Source: Paramoeba atlantica (lineage: Eukaryota; Protista; Discosea). From it: 64,000 nucleotides of DNA. Where the stretch lies: NCBI GenBank assembly GCA_977017575.1, contig CDRNVI010000056.1, positions 62,001 through 126,000 of the forward strand. Direction: 5' to 3'. Within the stretch, counting starts at the first letter, position 1. Each line of letters opens with the position of its first letter. The translations under genes were made by a program, and so were the position numbers. Positions 57,979 through 64,000 of the stretch are shown piece by piece. The notes under the pieces were generated by a model. That model ran no database searches and was not told where the DNA came from. It saw only the letters and a program-made list of their open reading frames with translations.

Positions 57979-58908
57979 ACATGTAACTATTTACGTATAC
58001 ATGTCATTCCCAACATTCACGCAAACTTTATCAATTTTAATCAAACTTTTAATTTTCTCAGCTTCAACTCACTCAAATTCAACTTTCCCAATAGCTTGTA
58101 AGGGGTCCCTCGGCCCTCGTGTAGTTCTCACGTTCTCGCTTGTTCATGCCCAGCATTTTGATACAACATTCTTCGTCGTGATTTATTCGATACAATTGCC
58201 CTCTCATTATTTGTACTAACCAACATGCACGAATTGCTCGGAATTTGTTAGTGAGCGTACTGTGCACCTTTTAATTCTTCGCATCCAATTGACACTGATC
58301 TGGACTTCCGACATCTGCTGATGTCGAAAGTTCTGTACTTGAGCCCGCGGCTCTGTGTTGCTTTGTCAAGTTAGTAAAATCAAAATTGCTTATGCTAAGT
58401 GTGTAAGCGTGCGCGCTGCAACTCGCTCCATAAATACATGTATGTGAGGAGCCAGAAGTGCGAACTGGCGGTACGTACTGGCGGTCTTATTCCTTACTTC
58501 TACACCCATTCGTTTCATGGAGCAAAACTGCATGTACGTGTCCTCAGGAGAGGAAAGTACGTTGGCTGAAGAGGTCTGACTTAAAGAATCAAAGCACGTG
58601 ATTGACGTTCGTGATAAAACAGTAGAACGAGAAGAGAAAGACACCACAAATTTGCAATTGACATCTTTTACTTCACTAAAATGTTTCGAGACAAAGGCTA
58701 GTTCGCCAGATCTCATACATCGTATTTTAGGGGATCTACGGAATCACACGAATCTAACCTGAAGTTACCCAAAACTGGCTGGATGGACACCTATTGACTG
58801 ACCACACAAATCATACTACAATTCACTCAACGTTGCTCAGTAACCCTGGGGTCGGATTACCGTTTAAATGCGGATCACCGTTCCAATTGCACATTACCGT
58901 TACGTTAT

Positions 58909-59724
58909 CTATAGTGAAGTATTTTTATAACGTGTGTCATATATGTTGGGTTTATCGATTTCTCGTCCCGATCGCGTGTGAGTGACGTTGAATTTTCGAT
59001 ACTCTTCCCAAGAATTTGCCTGCATTCCAATGATAGCCGCCACATGGCGTAAAAATCCTATGACCTTGAATAAATTACGCGGCGTGTTGTCCGGTGTCAT
59101 GTGCGTGTTGCACAGCCACTGATCAACCACTGCGGGATCGGCACGCCACGATAGTTTTCCTTGTTTCTGGGAAATTTCTATGCCACAACATACGAATCGA
59201 CAGGTGCTGTTTTCGAGTGTAATGTATTTTGGCTGCGTTTCCAGCAGTCCAAAGTTTCGTACAAGACGTTTTTTTCCATTCATAGAGGGTTTGCCCATTT
59301 GGCCAGTAGTACAGCGCCTAAATGTCGACGTCCATCATTGACGATAAGCACGCCAATTTCTGTACCATTAAACGAGCCTCGTCTAGGGTGATACATGGGG
59401 GGATCCACTCTAAAGCGCCAACGGACAATACCACAACCGTGATGTGTTACCTTAGTACTTGATCTGTACCCCCATCTGGGTCGTTCAAACGCCAAAGATT
59501 CGTCGATCATATTCGTCAATCAAATCCAATATTTTCTCCCACAACACATGAGATATTTCAACGATGTCATTTTCCAATGGCCTCACAGTTTTCGGGATTT
59601 CCCTTCGCATGACTTCACTTACGGGATCAGGACGAACCTCTTCGAATGAGGAAACAAACGAATGGCCACGGAAAGAGGAATGTTCGTTCTCACAATCGCA
59701 GCGAAACACACCCTCCGGACTCAC
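58909..59724 (-). pseudogene. Degenerate second copy of the VIPER-like RT
   Basis: KYITLENSTCRFVCCGI...SWRADP...TPRNLF aligns with KYMTMEKNTCQFTYCGI...SWMADP...TPRILF. Confidence 0.75.
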
Positions 59725-59781
59725 GAAAAATGGAGCAAAAAACCGAATTTGTGTCCAAAAGTTAACTCTGAAGGCAAAGAA

Positions 59782-60675
59782 CTAGCATCCGGAATGGCCT
59801 CCATTATTTCGCAACACTTTTCGAAGTCTATTTGGGACTGAATTTTTGTTGCACACTTTACGTTTTTCTTGGGGACGTTTTAGAATCTGAAAAGCTTTTT
59901 TGATGGCATCGGCGAGGGTGATTGTGGGGCTGATTTTTTTCTTTATGATACCGTTCATTTGTTTCCAAACATTTTCTATTGGATTTAAATCAGGCGAATT
60001 CGCTGGCCAAGACAATTGTTTAATACGATATTTTATCAATTCGCCTTTTGCCAAGTTATGGGTGGTAGCATTATGTTTGCACAGTCACATCATCAACGTG
60101 ATCTTTGAGATAATGTAAAAACCCATTAGGCTTCTGAAAGGAGTCAAGGATCACTCCCCCAGTGACCTTGTGCGCGTTTTCATAAGTTGTATTGTCATTG
60201 GGTTCAAACACGTTCAGGAAAAACCCGTGTTCTACACTAATACCCATCCAAGCCATTGCCTCCTTGCCATGTAAGCAATTTGTTTGCTAATCTCAAACGC
60301 TGCGACTTGTGTTCCTCAGTTAGGTCACAGTTCGGCGACTTAGCCGATCTACCGTAATCAATATTTTTCAAAATAGTTCTTATTTTGTTTAACGAACATT
60401 TATACCCCATATTCAGCACTTGCTCGTGTATCCAAGTATAAGTTAAGCAACCATCGTACGTTTCGTTTTCATCATCCACAATTTTTTTACAAGGTCCTTA
60501 AAACGCCTTGATGATTTTTTCCTGGGGATTTTTGGGGTGTAAGATCTTTGCCTTCTTTCCACAGGTTAACAATTCTTCTAATGGTACGACGGTCACGTCC
60601 AAAATTATTTGATAATTTACGTATGCTTAATCCCTTATTTATTATTTCTTTTCTCTCACAAAGGATGTAATGCAA
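59782..60675 (-). pseudogene. Degenerate Tc1 transposase related to 804-1721
   Basis: HTH, WMGIS.EHGF, WPANSPDLNPIENVW, NGGH spread across several frames. Confidence 0.85.
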
Positions 60676-60943
60676 ACAGATAGTGGCAGACGGTGGCAGA
60701 CAAAAAGACCACTTGGTACATTACATTTATTTTTTCCGTCTAGCATAGATAAGCCGCTTGCCAACATTACCTTTTCGAAAGTTCACATCACCCCCCCCCC
60801 TGACCAGTCGCTCAAAAAACACGATCGACCCTGTAATATCGAGCTTCTAAAAAATCCAAAACGTAGCACTACGTCGTTAGATGAGCTCTTTGATAAACGA
60901 GAGGAATAAAGCAAAAAAAAGTGTTACCAAGTTAAAGATCTAA

Positions 60944-61954
60944 TTATGAACTCAAATCAATCTCATCGACTGCGTTAAAATAGTCACGAGAGTCGCTCTG
61001 AGTATGAAATACGTTAGCGTCCATTGGCCCCGTTTTACTAAGCTGCTCGGGAGCTGGATATCGAGAACTCTGATTTTCATGTTTTTCAATGATGTCTTCG
61101 ATTTCCCGGATTTTGTTACATGTTAATGCTTGATATCTACACTTTGCTCCGTGACGATGAAAATTATCAATGTTGTGTACAGTGAGAGCGCAGCAGAAAG
61201 CGTGAAACGACATTTCCGAGTTTCGAGTCCACTGCTTAAACGCCAGAAAACGACCGACATTGACGCGCCCAAATACGTGTTCTATACGAGCACGAAAAAA
61301 AGGAAGGCTTTCGTTTATTTTTAACTTGTCGTGCGCTTTTGTCATATACTCTCTATTGCTCAAACGACTTCGTGAAAATTGTGGCCATATCTGCGATTTG
61401 GAAAATGAAAGTATAACCCTTGTTGTGGCTCCGTTGTAGAACCCTCCGTCTTCAAGAGCACGCAAGCCTTTTCTCTCCAGGAAATTCATCACACCGCAAG
61501 CATCTTGTATGACAGAATCCGACGACGCCCCACAATACAGCGAGTCGCCAACGAAACATAGGTATCCACTCAATATACATGCAACAAACGCTTTAGCTAC
61601 GTGCGTTGAGTATTTGGGTTGATAGCAGTGTGGCAGGTTGTCCACGTATAATGGCACTGTGTCGAATAGCACCTTGACATCCTTATTCCAAAATGGGGTG
61701 GCGTTATTGCCTTCATGAAATAATATGTCATCATCCAAATCTAGCCACGTGTTCTTCATATCGTGGTACATGCGGGAAAAGAATTGTGGGATTTTGTTAG
61801 CACAAGTTCGCTCTCCCCACCCCCTCCCAAATTTCATTGCAAGATATTCTGATATGGTGAAATAATTCCCCCCCGTTCGAAGAAAATAGAAGCTAGCGAA
61901 TACTACGTCTTCTTCATAAAATTGCGATAGAAATTCGTAAGAGTGAAGACTCAA
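60944..61954 (-). CDS. PIF/Harbinger-ISL2EU (DDE_Tnp_4-like) transposase
   Basis: LFDTVP, YQPKYSTHVAK, GASSD, LEDGGFY, N...FRARIEHVFG. Confidence 0.8.
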   Translation of the reverse strand: MSLHSYEFLSQFYEEDVVFASFYFLRTGGNYFTISEYLAMKFGRGWGERTCANKIPQFFSRMYHDMKNTWLDLDDDILFHEGNNATPFWNKDVKVLFDTVPLYVDNLPHCYQPKYSTHVAKAFVACILSGYLCFVGDSLYCGASSDSVIQDACGVMNFLERKGLRALEDGGFYNGATTRVILSFSKSQIWPQFSRSRLSNREYMTKAHDKLKINESLPFFRARIEHVFGRVNVGRFLAFKQWTRNSEMSFHAFCCALTVHNIDNFHRHGAKCRYQALTCNKIREIEDIIEKHENQSSRYPAPEQLSKTGPMDANVFHTQSDSRDYFNAVDEIDLSS

Positions 61955-62211
61955 ACCGCATCGATCTTCTGCTTAAAGTATTTGATGCGTCAGCGGGCAT
62001 TAAAAAATGTCTTTGAAATTAATTTAAATTAAATCTTTTTAGAAATTCTTAAAAATGACATCAAAATCAGTCCACCAAAACGTTACACGAAAATACTGTT
62101 ACGTAGTCTCTAATGCGCAACTTTTAACCTTGAAACTTCCCTAACTCCTTAGCGTCTTTAACATTTGCGGAAAAAACTTTATCTTTCTTAACTCCTTACC
62201 GTCTTTAACAC

Positions 62212-63380
62212 TTACGCATTAAACTTTAATACATTAGAAGGCGACGAAGTAGCTACAATTGTCTTACGGATGCGTTTTGTTCTGGGGGACACTTCCGAAT
62301 CTTCGGCTAAATCTATTTCTTGGCGTGGATTTTGTCGCGGAGGGCGTGTGATATGAAGTAGACGACTTCCAAAGGCTTTCTCCTTTATTACGCCCATGCT
62401 TTTGAGCATCTCAAGCTGGTGGTTCTGTGTTTCACGGGTCGCTGCATTGCCGATGCTTAGCAAATCTTCCTCTTGGACAAGATGAAGAGATGAGTAGCAG
62501 ATACGCATCTCCTTTGACCGGGCTGAAGCGCGTAGTAATTCCTTTAGAGCCACTGCAACACGTTCACGCATCCTTTTTTCCCCGCTGATGCATCTGCCTT
62601 GTAAGACGCCCACATGTTGGCAAGAAAATTTTTTGCCTCGCGCATCTGCGGCTTGCTGATCGCACGATCTAAGTACCGTCCAACAGATTATGCAGCACGG
62701 ACGTACGCCTTTTCCTTCGAAACATTAAATCGCTTTTTAATTAATACGAGCATGTTCCCAATATGCCCGAACTTAAGCGTGACACCGTTGAAAGTAACTC
62801 CAACATAGGCAATACAAGTACGCATGACCCTCTCCTCGTCCATGCCTTCGCACCTAATTTGATCCACTACAGAGGTTGGAAGTCCTTCAACTTCTTGTGG
62901 AGTCAAGCACAGTGGGCAGTACTGTGCACCAAGAGGCACACCTACTTGCTTACAAGATACGCAAAGTTCTGTGTCGCTGCCGTCTATGCGACACGCACAA
63001 ACAAGACAACGCTTTGGTGCAACAAGTGAGACGTTGCGCAAAACCTTACATCTCGGGCACATTTCCTTAGTGGCAGGCTCGGGCATCGTGCTAAAAAATG
63101 CGTTTAAAGACATCTTAAATAGCACTGCTTTAAGAAATATAAATATTGATTGAAGTATGATTGAGGAAATTTGTAAAACAGCTGATTTAAATCCATGAAC
63201 AAAAGCATAAATTTTGCAAAATAGTGGCAGATGGTGGCAGACAAAACCATACACTTCTGCAGTACATCCAAAGAGGTAATGCCACGGCTCTTTGTGGGAT
63301 ATTAGGGGGTTGTCTTCTCTTTTGTCATTCCATCCTTCTACGTACTCACCCTGTTTGAGGTTAGAGGGTCTGGTCTTCAT
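62212..63380 (-). pseudogene. Cys-rich zinc-ribbon ORF plus downstream domain (two frames), possible transposon accessory gene
   Basis: Four CxxC pairs in 62688-63380; 62212-62613 resembles 20145-20681. Confidence 0.45.
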
Positions 63381-64000
63381 AATGTAGAGGTGTTGACTAT
63401 ATTAAATTAGGCAATAGAGAGGGTACTAGGCATAGCTTTAAAATTATCAATTTAAAAACACTATTACTCGTACTTACAAGTGCAAAATATATAGAAAATC
63501 GGAAAAACGAGGCAAAAAATGGTTGTGTACACAGAAAACGCCCAAAAAACAGTGTTTATTTGATCCAGGGGGCACCAGGGGGTCTCTATGAAAAAAAGGC
63601 GGCAAAGCTCTTCGCTAGGAAGACAAGATCTCTCCAATGCTGCAAAGTTTAGCAAAAACAGATAAAAAAATCAAAATTCCGAGGGGGGGGGGGGGGGAAG
63701 ATCAACTGAAACCACTGTACGTGATCAACTGAAACCACTGTATGTGTTTGTATTACTTTTTTCTCCGGTTAATGTTTTTTCCATACCTAGTACCATACCA
63801 TATCACCTGTCCCATTCCATATCACCTGTACCATACCTGCTAGAGCCTCTTCATCTAACAGCCCTACGATGTTCCCCACAGCTGTATCCCGCGTTGATTT
63901 GGCTGACGCACCGCAACCCTCCCCGAAGCGCCGAAAACGAAATGATCAGGACTCTCGTCAGAGCGCTGAAATACATGCCGTGGATGGTCCAGTCGCTCGC

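Noticed and set aside
1-64000. tRNA or rRNA genes and telomeric arrays
   Set aside because: No cloverleaf, rRNA signature or (TTAGGG)n run was seen by eye; a tRNAscan/Infernal run would be needed to exclude divergent ones.

Overview
Eukaryotic, intronless and extremely transposon-rich DNA, most likely from a kinetoplastid (Perkinsela/bodonid-like; inference). Evidence: all recognisable host genes lie on the + strand like a polycistronic unit, polypyrimidine/AG tracts precede genes, the spliced-leader core AAGATACAGTTTCTGTAC is present, and there is a VIPER/TATE-type YR retroelement. Host genes: a VHS-domain protein, an importin-5-like karyopherin, PP1 inhibitor-2, a small Cys-rich membrane protein and 11 copies (5 intact-looking plus one short, 5 broken) of a short LRR family. 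The rest is Tc1, Merlin, hAT-like, Harbinger-like, YR-retro and RLE-retro debris, MITEs and a ~2 kb satellite island. Best candidates for novelty: (1) a ~0.72 kb mobile element that starts with a spliced-leader exon, GT donor and covarying stem-loop, with two copies interrupting genes and two longer copies carrying a shared upstream leader; (2) a 2.5 kb TA-flanked palindromic Tc1 made of two inverted transposase arms; (3) CATACCC-ended, 6-bp-TSD elements carrying shuffled cargo (2A-like + AT-hook ORF; Merlin-SWIM fusion). All assignments are by eye; no database searches were run.
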